64,000 nucleotides of DNA from the NCBI RefSeq assembly GCF_001194135.2, contig NC_068993.1:25988428-26052427 (forward strand), read 5' to 3'. The notes under the pieces are model-generated. The model was not told where the DNA came from and ran no database searches. It saw only the letters and a program-made list of their open reading frames with translations. The stretch comes from Octopus bimaculoides (Eukaryota). The translations under genes and the position numbers were made by a program. The first letter of the stretch is position 1; each line of letters starts with the position of its first letter. Shown here one piece after another: positions 46,302 to 59,250 of this stretch.

Positions 46302-48187
46302 ATGTTTACGTGTCTGTTTTTAATCTATCAACATCGACACTATTTTGTCACTACTCGAAAAATGTTATGTTGTGTCGTGTTTATGTTCCAAATTCTGTAA
46401 CATAGTGTTTTAACAAACAGAGATCGATAAGAGATTTAACAGACCTAGCCTGTTCAATCCACTTTTCTAGTTTACCGGGAATTGGCAGACACCAAGTTAA
46501 AAATCCAATCAAACTATATCTAGATTGGTTGATGCAAATACAGATAGATCAACTGTGTAGAATTAGGTTATTTACAAATGTCTGCTCACAGTGTTATTTT
46601 AGTTGTTGTTTTGAGTAATTTTCCAATTGTTCAACCATGAAGCTCACTACAGTCAAACACTTCTAGAATGTTTTTTTTACAACACAAAAACATGCATTGT
46701 TAACAATTGATGAGGTACTGAAAATGTTCGAAGATTCTGATAAAAATCAACAGGTATTCAATCAAACATATCCAAAGAATGTGTTGGAGTCAATTAAAGA
46801 TGAAAGATTTCAAGTGGAAAGTGATAAATATGTGTCTCAAATGAGTGGACTTAGTTGTTAATCAACTAATAGTAGTTAGTGCTGATGTAATATTGATATT
46901 GGATTGAGAATTTACCAATTCTAAAAAATATTTTCAATTTTTAGGTATTTTTGTTTGGTAACTTTTTAGTTAATCAGTTATTGCTTGAGATGTGCATTTT
47001 TATGTATTATTTGTGTAGAGCTCATGTACAGACACTAGTTATCTCATTGTGCACAAAGCTGATAAGGTTAAAGACAGGTACTAGAGTTGATATGCTCAAC
47101 TAAAACCTTTCAAGGCACTGCCACAACAAGGCCACAACCTAAAAATACTATTCAGTCAAAGAAATAATGTGTGTATGCGTGCGTGTATGTGTGTGTGTGC
47201 ATAGCGTGTGTGTGTGTGTGTGTGTGCGTAGTGTATGTGCATGTGTGTGTGTGTGTATGTGCATAGTGTATGTGCATGTGTGTGAGCATGTGTAGTGTGC
47301 GTGTGTCAAAACAAATGACATTAAAAAAATAACACAGGAAGAATAGATTCACTAATATGGTATTAGCTTCACACTTTAATAGGAAGAGAGTAGGGCTTTG
47401 CATTGGAGATTGATACTTTATCAGAAAAAAAGAAAGAAAAGAGCCTAAGAAGTAAGAAAGAGAAATAGTAAAAAGAAAATGGAAATAAAGGAAAGAATTG
47501 GAAACCAGGCGGGATGGCAGTGCTATGGGGGGGGGGAGTTAAGGAGGAAGAAGGCAGGAATATAAATACAAATATCAAACTATAATGTGTGTGGAAGCAG
47601 ATGGAGGAGGAGTGTGTATATGAACCTATAGTGGCATTGGTGGTGTAAAAATGTGTGCAAGGGATTCGAAAGTATTAGCAAAGCATATGGGCTACAAGAG
47701 AGCAAGGTAGAAAATGTTATTGATGTGTGTGNNNNNNNNNNNNNNNNNNNNNNNNNNNNNNNNNNNNNNNNNNNNNNNNNNNNNNNNNNNNNNNNNNNNN
47801 NNNNNNNNNNNNNNNNNNNNNNNNNNNNNNNNNNNNNNNNNNNNNNNNNNNNNNNNNNNNNNNNNNNNNNNNNNNNNNNNNNNNNNNNNNNNNNNNNNNN
47901 NNNNNNNNNNNNNNNNNNNNNNNNNNNNNNNNNNNNNNNNNNNNNNNNNNNNNNNNNNNNNNNNNNNNNNNNNNNNNNNNNNNNNNNNNNNNNNNNNNNN
48001 NNNNNNNNNNNNNNNNNNNNNNNNNNNNNNNNNNNNNNNNNNNNNNNNNNNNNNNNNNNNNNNNNNNNNNNNNNNNNNNNNNNNNNNNNNNNNNNNNNNN
48101 NNNNNNNNNNNNNNNNNNNNNNNNNNNNNNNNNNNNNNNNNNNNNNNNNNNNNNNNNNNNNNNNNNNNNATATATATATATATATAT

Positions 48188-50028
48188 ACTAGCAGAGATA
48201 CCTGGTGTTGCCCATGTCATATGGAATTGAAGAATTAGACTTTTCTTTTATATTTTCTCTAATGAACAAGAATACCTATCATTCAAATTTCATCAAATTT
48301 GGAGATGAAGAATTTTAAGGGAGGTTCTTCCCTCTTTACACACCCTAACAAAAATTCTAATTATGACATATTTATCCCATACAACTCATCTTTAAGCCCA
48401 GATTCCAAAATCCAAATCCTATAAAACCCATTCAAAGGATTTTACTCCTGAAAAATGGCGCACATGAAGCTTTAAAGTGTGTGAGTTAAAGCCCCTACTA
48501 GAGGTGGGGGTCTCAAAGTCAACCAGAGAAGTTGAATTATTGGGAATCTTTTTTAACTTGTGTCTTATTTCTATTTCTTTGAAATTGGAAATATATGAAT
48601 ATTCATTGGGTTTGTAAAAGAGAGCAAAGCCAGAGGAAACCAAAAAACGAATGATCACAATAAGCAGTCAGCTACCCTACCCTAGTTGTTACCACTCCCC
48701 AATGTAGGATTCCTCACCATACAGGTGACGGGCACAGCCATAAGATGCATTACAGATCTATAGCAATTGGAAGGGCATGACCCAACTCAAATAAACATTA
48801 ACAACTGTGTGATGTGAGGACTAACGGAAAATGAAAGTGTCACTTCTAGAGTTTACCAATGATCACTATGCTGATAGGTAACTGAACAGAATAAATTTGC
48901 AATCTATAAATCTCTTTGAATGACCAATCACTTATCTGGAAAGGCATTGAAATCAATGTTACTATCTGGCGACTATCTCTGACCTAGTGATAATAAAAAG
49001 ACTCAAAGGAGGTCTGCAACCAAATAACTTTACTCAAAATATCACTTTACAACTGAATCAGTGGAGGTAAAGATGCCTCTCCTTTACTTGACAATTTATG
49101 CACCACATTGCAGAAATCACAATCTAAGTATGTCTCAAAGCAAACTCTTACACTGTTGTACCACTGAATTACAAATAATGCTCAACTTGTATCCTCAGGT
49201 GACTAAATTGTGGGAATTAAGCCCCCCTTAAGGGGTCTTACTAACCTCCTAAGAAGTTGAAATTTTAGGAATATTACTTCATTTGTATCTAGTGTCTATA
49301 GTTAAAATTTCATCAACAACAAAAATATATGAATTTGCATGGGGGTTATGGCCTCATTTATGCCCCTTCACTTCCAAACATATACTGCATTACATCCACC
49401 CTTATGCATAGAATATAATTTCCAAATTTCATAAAGATCCATTCAGTACTTTTGACCTTGTTTTGGATCATAAAAAAATGACAAAAATTTGAGGTTTTAG
49501 AATCCTCATCAGAAGTGGAAACTTTGGGAATACTTCTTGAGTTGTGTCAATTACCTATGGTTGAAATTTCATCAACATCGAAAATATATGAATTTTTATG
49601 GAGGGTTCTGCCCCCTCTAAGATCCCTCAAATTCAAACCAAACATACTGCATTAAACCCACCCTTATGCATTGAATATAAGTTCCAGATATTATAAGGAT
49701 CCATTCAGTAATTTTGGTCCATGAAAAATGACCCTCATTAGGGTGTCTTAGAATTATCCAAAGAAATGGAAGTTTTAGGTATACTTTTTAATTTATTTCT
49801 AATACCTATGGTTCAAATTTCATCAAAATCCGAAGCATATGAATTTTCATGGGGGATTCTGTGCCACTTTATGCCCCCTCAAAATTGTATGAAACAGACA
49901 GCATTACCCTTCTCCCTAGGCTTGGATTTTGTGTTTCAAATTTCATTAGGATTGGTCCAGTAGTTTTCAAGTCTATAAGTAACATGTGAACACACAGGCA
50001 TTGACTTTTAAATAATATATATTTAGAC
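48188..50028 (+). mobile_element. Helitron/Helentron-like non-autonomous element with internal ~255-bp tandem modules
   Basis: 5' actagcagagatacctggtgttgccc and 3' caaatttcattaggattggtccagtagtttt..cacacaggcattgacttttaaataatatat resemble Lep1/DINE-type ends (recalled pattern); aaatttcatcaa modules at 48285, 49305, 49564 and 49815. Confidence 0.6.
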
Positions 50029-50053
50029 ACACACACTCATATACACACACCTA

Positions 50054-51256
50054 TGACAGAAGTAAATAGACACCCCGTAAAATATCATTTTATGTTTATT
50101 TTAAATTGAAAAGGTTTATATTTTTTTTATTAATTGACATTATTATGTTTCAGATTATATATGTGACTGTTTAATCATGTCACACACAAAAGAAGCCTTG
50201 GAACTGTCTGAACTTTAAAGAAGCTGTATTGTGGGTCAATCTGAAGTTGGAGGTAGTCAATGTAAAATCGTAGAAAACCTTGGGATCCCACTTTCTACAA
50301 TTAACAGAATGATTGTGCAATTCACCAAAGAGGGGAAGGAGTTCACATCACCTCGCCCAGGTGAACCAGGGCTCTCTAATAGGTCCCTTAGCTTTGTTGA
50401 GAAAAGTGTAAAGGATAATCCTCATTGCAAGGCCTCTGACATAGCAGAACAAGTTGATGTCAGTCCCAGAACAGCTCTAAGGTATCTCCACAAATTTGGC
50501 TACTATGACAGAACAGCAAGAAGGAAGCCACTTCTTCGACTTGCCAATATCAAGTGGAGAGGCCACTAGCATTCTGGGATGCTGTTATATTCTCTGATGA
50601 GTCCAGATTTGCTGTATTTTCTGACAGTGGTCAAGTGTGAGCTTGGAGACTCTGTGATCAAGAATTTTACGTGAAAAGATTGCAGCCAACAATGAAACAC
50701 AGCAGCTATTCTGTGATGATCTGGGGAGCAATGGTCAATCAGAACTGATGGAGTGTAAAGAGAACATAATCTCAAATAAATATGTGTGTATGTATTGCAG
50801 AAAGGACTCCTTCTATCTTCTCCAATAGTGAAATGATTAAAGAAGACTGTCTATTTGTGGAAGATGGGGCACCTTGTCACATGGCTAAAAAGACCCAAGA
50901 TTGGTTGGAAGAGAATGGCATTAAAAAGTTTCCATAGCCAAGCCAGTCACAAGATATGAACCCTATTGAACACCTCTGAGGCATAATGGGCAGGACACTT
51001 TGTAAAAATAACAAGAAAGCATACTCAAAGCCAGCTCTTTTGAGATCATTGCATGAAACTTGGCAAGAAATTCCGCAAGAGAATATTTGTCATCTGATCA
51101 GTAACATGCCTAATAGGATCTTTGTATTGAAAAATACAAAGGGCATGTCTACTAAATATTAAATATTCACATCATAATAATTAATAAGTAATTTGCATGC
51201 ATAATTTCAGATTTAAATAAATTTGAACGATTATAAGAGTGTCTATTAACTTCTGT

Positions 51257-51258
<2 letters not shown>
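50054..51258 (+). mobile_element. Full-length Tc1 (DD34E) transposon, 1205 bp, transposase disrupted
   Basis: 20-bp TIR tgacagaagtaaatagacac / gtgtctattaacttctgtca (1 mismatch), flanks TA / TG; [64 protein letters not shown]. Confidence 0.93.
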
Positions 51259-51322
<64 letters not shown>

Positions 51323-51445
51323 GAATATAGTTGAATAAGTTGAATTCAATAAGAAGGAGTACAGAGGAACATTTATTTGTAAGCCCTACAGTTGTTCCCA
51401 TGCAACATAGTTCTCCAGGTGTGTGTGTGTGTGTGTGTGTGTATG

Positions 51446-51481
<36 letters not shown>

Positions 51482-52694
51482 TATATAAAGAGTATAAGCA
51501 GATTTATGCATGTAAGGAGCACTCAAAGTAAAAGTTTTATCTGAGAGTTAACACTGATCCACTGGGTTTCCCCTCTACACCATTACTCAGAACAATCCAA
51601 CCAAAATTGTAGCATTTCTAACAATTTCTCTCACCTGGTTTGTTGTAAGCTGTCTTCATCATAATTACTATGATGAAGACAGCAACAATTTTGAAACCTA
51701 ACAGTTTAGCAGCAATGATATAACTTAACCACGAGTGAAATTTTATCCTTGGTCAGTGAAAATGACATAGCTCATCATTGATGAAATACTTGGCTGTTGG
51801 CACACAACTTTTAGATTTAAAGAGAAAAAAAGAGTTGGCAGGTTGATGCTTTCTCATAAATCATGAGCAGCACAAATGAAAGCTCTTCCAAGTGAAAATC
51901 GAAACAAGGTCATGGACTATATTTCAAGGGAACTTATAGCTCTGTACCATGTTGAACCTCCCACAACAATAGCAACATTAATGGTTATTCCTCTCACTGC
52001 CATCCCCACCAACCCTCAAGCGCAGACTAGACAGCTCTAGTGAACCACATTTGGCAATGCCCCAACACAGTTCCAACAGGATTTGTAATTAACACAATAA
52101 TCAGTTATTAGAAGTCAGCTTCAAAGTTGGATATTTTGTTTCACTATGGAAATTTCTAAAACGGTACAAAGCATCAAAGGGACGGAGAATGAGCATGAAA
52201 ATGATTAAAATTCTAGTTAGTGGTCGTCCTTTTTATAGATATAGCACTATGGAATTGTTTAATGGAAAGATATAAAGACAAAGAAGATGGAGAGGAGAGA
52301 GAAATGTATGTGTGTGTGAAAGAGAGAGAGAGATGAGGAGGAGGAGGGAAGAGCGAGAGAATGCGTGTGTGCTGTACAGTTGGATAACTAGTATTTCCAG
52401 ATATAAGGTACAGTGACTTAGTTAAAAAGCTGTCCTCAACCAGCTTAAGTTCAAACCCCAGCTGCCAATAACCATTGTGGTGCACTGAATGTTTGTTGTT
52501 GGTTCGTCTAGTTCCAAGAGAATTAAGATTAGACAGAACTAACGATATGCTAATAAGAAGACTCAACCACCCACTAACCCTACATCTTAGTTTTCAATGA
52601 TTTTCTTCAGTATATTAAAGCTATCTACTACACTAATTTCAAACACGAGTACAAGGTCATACATTCTGGGAAAGAGAAACATCAATTATATTGG

Positions 52695-53030
52695 TTTCAA
52701 ATTTTGGCATGGGGCCAGCAATTTTAGGAGAGAGGTACGTTGGTTATATTGACTCCAATATTCAACTAGTACTTATTTTATTGACCTTGAAGGGATGAAA
52801 TGCAAAGTTGACCTCAGCGAAATTTGAACTCAGAATGTGAAGACAGACAAAATGCCACTCAACATTTTGCTTGGCATGCTAACAATTCTGCCAGCTCTTC
52901 GCCTTAGAACTATCAATTATATTGACCACAGTACATAACTGGTAGTTATCAAGTTTGAAAGGAATGAAAGGCAAAGTTAAGCACAGTTGTATATTTTTAA
53001 TTCAGAACATAAACTGGATGAAATTTACCA
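52695..53030 (-). mobile_element. Two head-to-tail SINE B copies (~52695-52905 and a decayed one at ~52915-53030)
   Basis: aaattttggcatggggccagc..gatgaaatgcaaagttgacctcagcgaaatttgaactcag..gccagctcttcgcc, followed by a second gaccacag..actggta..gaaaggcaaagtt block. Confidence 0.75.
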
Positions 53031-53679
53031 ACTATAGAGTTTACAAGAGAGACTTTGTGATAGTATGGTTAAAGTTCAAAACGGATCACTGTCTTAATAC
53101 AAAAAAAAAAAAAAGACACTAAACTGAGAAGATGAAAATAGTGAAAATGGTGCTGATGATAATTATTACAGTTATGATGCTGATGATGATAACAATGTAG
53201 CAACAATACATCATTTTACTATCATTGTTTTGCCTTTAAATTTCAAAAACTGACTTAATCTCTCCTGTATTCCATATTTTTTTATGCTTAAAACTACGAT
53301 GGATCAGATTGCTATATAGTAACTAGATTTGATATGTATATAAATGGATTGAATACTTGTTTCTTTGAGATTAGTCAGGTGATGTAGACATCTCTGATTG
53401 AGACCCCAGTTATGCAAATTCTGCTACACCTACTAAATGGCACATACTTTTCATAACTATGGTATATCAAGGCCTGCACATATCTTTAAATTGTATTTTT
53501 TACTGATTATGCCAAGGAAATGAATTGATTTAGTTTGGCGTAAGTCGTAACAACAGTCTGCTTGTGGATGTTATATAAAGACTAAAATATCAATTACATT
53601 TTCTATGTTTATTATTTCAGTGTATGTTTGTGTGTAAGTATGTAGGTATGTGTATGTGTATATAAAGTGTCTCTAAAGG

Positions 53680-53945
53680 CCTTCAGCATCAATCATGTCA
53701 CATGGGAGCAGGTAGAAGCTGGCTAAAGACAGGGTCAAGTGGTGATCAGCTGTTCACAAGGGCATGCAAACCTGCAAAGCCAAGAAAACCAATATCATCA
53801 GAACTCTATCACCACCACCATTCTTTATCCACACTACAAGAGAACCTTCACGACATGGCTTGACCTGAGCAGTCACCAACATACTCACAAAGCCCAACCC
53901 CAAAACTTAGAAGGACTAGATGGTCCTCATTGCTCCAACAGATGA
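53680..53945 (+). mobile_element. Decayed 3' end of a third RTE lineage with a C-terminal C2H2 zinc finger
   Basis: INHVTWEQ..A.DRVKW..AVHKG-like segment followed by PHYKRTFTTWLDLSSHQHTH (decayed CxxCxRxF..L.SHxxxH). Confidence 0.55.
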
Positions 53946-53952
53946 AGATTAA

Positions 53953-53992
<40 letters not shown>

Positions 53993-54614
53993 AAACATAC
54001 ATACGTATTTGTATGTGAAGTAAAGTAAGAATTGTAAGATATATTAAAATTACATTTCACATTGTGCAAACATTAATTTATATAGAACTCAATACTTTAG
54101 GTAGATTTAAATGAGAGAAGAGTTGAAGTCAGTGCTTAACTGCTATTAACATTTGAAGCCAATGAAGATATTTTTTCTCTCCCCCTGATCTGTTGATACG
54201 GAATGAAATGAGGTTGTATCTATACAATCCAGAAAAGAAGGCACACAAATGAAACCATTTGCATCAAAAGTAAGGTCTTAGTTTACAATCAACGCATTCG
54301 TATCCAGATGGGGGTTAATATATACTCAGTCGCTCACACACATACATATCTCCAAATGAAGGGCTTCTTCCACTTTCCTAGTAAACCTGCAGTTACAGTA
54401 GACAACACAGCTGACAGTTCCCTACATAGGGACCAATCCTCTAATCATGTGGTTCCAAAGTTAACATCTTAACCGCACAATGATGTCTGCACTTGTTGAA
54501 ATTATGATGATATTTGGTTGATAACTGATGAGGAAATGATCATGTTCACATCAATTGTGTCATTCTGGTTTTTCAGTATGTTCCTTTGTCACCTCTGTGC
54601 CACATTATTCTATA

Positions 54615-54895
54615 TGTATCATCATTATCATTCAACATTTGTTGTCCATACTGGTATGGGTTGGATGGTCTGACCAGGGCTAGTATGCTGTTGGATGCTC
54701 TTCCTAATGCCAGCCATTCTAAGAGTATAATGGGTGCTTTTATGTGCCACCAGTATCTGCTATGGCTACGATTTCACTTGGCTTGATGGATCTTCCTTCT
54801 CAAGCACAACATATTGCCAAAGGTCTCAGTCATTTGTCATTGCCTTTGTGAGGCCCAGCACTCAAAAGGTGCTTTTTACATGCCACTGGCATGGT
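54615..54895 (-). mobile_element. Decayed (GAT)n RTE 3' end including the ORF terminus (a similar copy lies at ~55458-55820)
   Basis: catcattatcattcaacatttg..ggatgctcttcctaatgcc..tcttctcaagcacaacatattgccaaaggtctc..gtgaggcccag. Confidence 0.75.
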
Positions 54896-56307
54896 TGCTA
54901 GTTCCATGTATATTCATGTGTGTGTGTGTGTGAGTCCTGTCAACATTCTTTTATGGACAGTTTCCTTGAAGATACACCCTGGCCGTTCATTATTATCTAA
55001 TTTGGCTTCAACACACCACTCTTCCCACTCACATATAGCATTGAGTAACACTGTATCTAATCCTGTTCAACCCTCCCTACAATCCTACCACTTTCAAATC
55101 CTTCTGTCTGTCTATTTGTGTGTGTGTCTCTTATATACATGTATGTATGAATGAATGCACACACATATAGGCATTTCTGTTTAGTAGGAAAGTGAAATGA
55201 AAATGTTTGAAAATGATGAAAGAAACAGTTTAGAGAGATAAATAAATACATTGATGAGGGTTTTTTTTAGCACAAGGCCACGTGTTTTATTGACTCCTAG
55301 AAGGATGGTAGTGTTTGGCAAAATTTGAACTTTGAATGTATTATAAACTGAATTAACCCCAATACACGACTACTACTTTATAAAAAGCCTACTTGATTCT
55401 GGCAGAAACTAAAAATATAAGGGGACCAAATGAAATACTTAACCCAATGTTTGTACATTCATCATCATCATCATCAACATTTAATGTCTGTTTTCCATGC
55501 TGGCATGGGTTGGATGACTTGACAGAAACTGGCAAGGCCAGGTTCCATAGTCTGTTTTGGCTTGGTTTCTATGGCTGGATGCCCTTCCTAACACTAGCCA
55601 CTTTAGTAAGTGTACTGGATGCTTTTTATATGGCACCATCACCAGTGCTTTTTACATGGTAATGTGGTTTTAAGATCTCAATTTTGTTGTGGACAGATCT
55701 TCTTGAGTGCAGCAATGCACCACATATCTTGGTCCTCTGTCATCTTCGTAAGGTTCATCATTTTGAGATCAGCCTTCAATACTTTGTCCCATGTCTTCCT
55801 GGGTCTCTCTTTTTCACAACTTGCCTTCACTTTGTACATTAGTAGTGATTAAAATAATGAGTATTTGCAGTGATGATAAGAGAGTATTGGTATGAGTTAC
55901 ATTGGGTTAGTGTATCTGCCTTGAGATATAGCCAGGTAGTTTGGGTATATTTAGCTGGATAAAATGTGTTGTGGCTCTGGCAAATTCTTGAAAATATTAC
56001 AATCATTTTTATCATTTGAAATCTTGGAATTATGCAAGTATTTCTTTCTTCTACCTCACTGCAGAAATCTTTTCCTCCAGATTTCTTATATCTATGTAAA
56101 AATATTCATTTTAACTACTTTTATTTATATATTTATTTTTTACTATTCTGCATTGTAATCCCAATATAAGCATATGCTAAGGCAGCTGTATAGATGGTCA
56201 ACACCAAAATGTCTGAAATTTTTATTCAGTGCAACAATTTAATGGTAACAAAGAAAATCTATTTATCTCAGTAATGAAATCAATATTTTATTGTAGTCTG
56301 ATTTTTC

Positions 56308-56366
<59 letters not shown>

Positions 56367-57527
56367 TTTAATTTTTTTTTTTTTACTACGTCTTTATACT
56401 TTTTCTCTTTTATAAATATAATTTTTACCTCTCTCCCTCACTCCCTTTTGCCTATGAATTTAAAAGTGAGACGGAAATAATTCAATATTCAAAGAGGGTA
56501 AGAGCTACAATAAAATTTATTGAAATTATTCCCTCGCATCCATTTCAAATCCAAACCTTAGTTCCGAATCATTTATCTCAACGTTGTCTATGAAGGTTTG
56601 ACAGGAATTTAATTAGAGGAAGCTTCAGTCAAAAGAGACAGTTTTTCTTGTTTTTATTGATGTCAATGATGCTGTTGTTTATTTGCTTTCCAGTGAGCAC
56701 TTTACAACAAACTATTATAATACTATCTATATTCATCTGTCAATACTGTCTACCAGTGTACATAGCTTTTACACCAGCTTTCCCACTAATTCATACAATA
56801 AAACTAACGCTCACATTTGAAAATACTTAATACTTATGCTTTCTTTTATCGTCATTTTTTTCATTATTTGTGCTTGCATTATTACTTTTAATTGTTTCTA
56901 TGTTTTCTTTTGGCTATTTTGAAATCTTTTCCTTTCCATTTTTAATGTATTGGATGGTTCTTTAACTATTGTGAAAAATTTTAAATAGCAGCTATTTTTA
57001 CAGCTGAACTAGTAGCCAACCTCACAGCTAGACTAAATCAAGACCAATAATATGCCTAACATAAAATGCACAACACAACTCTTTAATGCCCTTCTTAACA
57101 TTTACTGGGATACTAGTCACGCATATTATTACTCAAATATAGTACCGTAGATTTAATGAGAACAGAAACAGTTTGTTAAATGAGCAAGAATCTTCAGTGT
57201 TTGCCTTTCTAAAACTTATTTCCTTTTCATACATAAATATATAGTCAATGTAGTCTCTGTGGTATACATGAAGCCTTAGTATTACAGAAATGGATAAGTG
57301 AAGCTCTATGATGTTCATGTATTTTTCAGATCATTAGCAACATAAACTGTAGTTATACTACTGGGAGTTTAACTTGAATTTGCCAAGAATTCACTGCTTT
57401 GCATTAACTCTTTCTTCCATAACAATTATGATTGTTAACACAGGCATAAGGCTTCGTAAAATTTAGACAGTGGAAGTAAGATTGGGAAACATTGAAGAAA
57501 GACAAAGTTATTTTTATTGGATTTCAG

Positions 57528-57629
57528 TTCAGAGTGCAGAGAGACTAAACGAAATACTGCATGGCATTTACATAGATATTTTATTTAGAGCAATAATAGT
57601 GTTTGTCAGTGGTTACACATTTCTAACAG
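57528..57629 (+). CDS. Candidate 102-nt symmetric exon encoding a hydrophobic helix, product unknown
   Basis: Acceptor tttttattggatttcag|, donor cag|gtcagt; only one frame open (xQSAERLNEILHGIYIDILFRAIIVFVSGYTFLT), phase 1-1. Confidence 0.3.
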
Positions 57630-57754
57630 GTCAGTCACTAGTTCACAGCATTGCTAGCATTGAGATTGACAAAGGATCATCACATTTTACTTTTGTCAAT
57701 ATGAATGTATCATTTCAGTTTTCATATTCTCCTCCTCATCATCATTATTATTAT

Positions 57755-58735
57755 ATCATCATCATCATTTAACATCTGCTTTCCATGCTGGCATGGGTTG
57801 GACAGTTTGACTGAAAACTGGTAAGCTGCACCAGGTTCCAATCTGATATGGCAAGTTTTCTATGCCTGGATGCCCTTCCTAACACCAACCACTCCGAGAG
57901 TGTAGTGGGTGTTTTTTACATGCCACCAGTATGGGTGCCATTGACCTGACACCAGCATTGGCCACAACTATGGTCTCACTTGGCTTGACAGGTCTACACA
58001 AGCACAGTATATCACCAAAGGTCTTGGTCACCTGTCACTGCCTCCATGAGGCCCAATGCTTGAACGGTGCTTTTTACGTGGCACTGGCGCATGTGCCAGG
58101 CAGATGGCACTGACATTGGCCACGACTACAATTTCACTCGGCTCAACAGGTCATCCCAAGCACAGCATCTCACCCAACGATTGAAGGGTGCATTTAATGG
58201 ACCAGTTATGCGACACTGGCATCAGTCACAACTACCATCTCACTTGGCTTGATGGGTCTTCTCAAGCACAGCATATTGCCAAAGGTCTCAGCCACTTGTC
58301 ATTGCCTCTGTGAGGCCCAATATTCAAAGATCATACTTCACCACCTTGTCCTATGTCTTCTTGAGTCTACTTCTTCCACAGGTTCCCTCCACTGTAAGAG
58401 TGTGACACTTCTTCACACACCTGTCCTCATCTATACGCATTACATAACCATACCAGCACAGTCGTCTCTCTTGCCCAACTTATCTCTAATGATGCTTACA
58501 CTCTTTTGTGCATGCACACTGATATTACACACCCAGCAAAGCATGCTAAATTCATTTCTTACAAGCCTACACATGTCCTCAGCAGTCGCAGCCCATGTTT
58601 CACTGTCATGTAGCATGGCTGTTCACATACAGGCATCATACAGTCTGCCTTTCACTCTGAGGAAGAAGCCCTTTGTTACCAGAAGAGGTAGGAGCTTTCT
58701 GAACTTTGCCCAGCCTATTCTTATTCTAGCACATA
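57755..58735 (-). pseudogene. 5'-truncated RTE (same family as 22390-23950)
   Basis: Minus strand RIRIGWAKFRKLLPLL..LYDACM*TAMLHDSETW..RTRW*SMIFEYWASQRQ region; three copies of the ORF-end motif; (GAT)n tail at ~57755-57775. Confidence 0.88.
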
Positions 58736-59020
58736 CTATCATAATATATTATTAAATATTATATTGTTGTTATTATGTTAAACTGTTGTATGTCCAAATT
58801 TGGCCAAATGCATTTATTTCAATATTTATTTTTGCTTACAATAGCTAGTTCTTTTGGTTAAACTATCATATCTCCAGCTGCTTCAGATGCCAAGATATCA
58901 AAAATTGTCAAAGTGTAGAACAATGGTTTTGCTATGGAATGGTGAAACTATTTTTTTCATTTTCTGAAAAAGCAATGTTTTGGACTTACGACACTTTTGC
59001 ATAATAGCAACAATATATTT

Positions 59021-59250
59021 TTCTTTTATTCTTTTACTTATTTCAGTCACTTGAATGCAGCCATGCTGGAGCACTGCCTTGAAGGGTTTTTAGCTGAACA
59101 AATCGACCTCAGGACTTATTTTTTTAAACCTAGTACTTATTCTATTGATCTTGTTTGCTAAACTGCCAAGTTACAGGGATATAAACACACCAACACCATT
59201 TGTCAAATGGTGATGGGGGGTGCAAACACAAACACAATAGCTATACACAT
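59021..59250 (-). mobile_element. SINE A 3' half
   Basis: ttttacttatttcagtcacttgaatgcagccatgctggagcactgccttgaagg..ccaagttacagggatataaacacacc. Confidence 0.85.
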
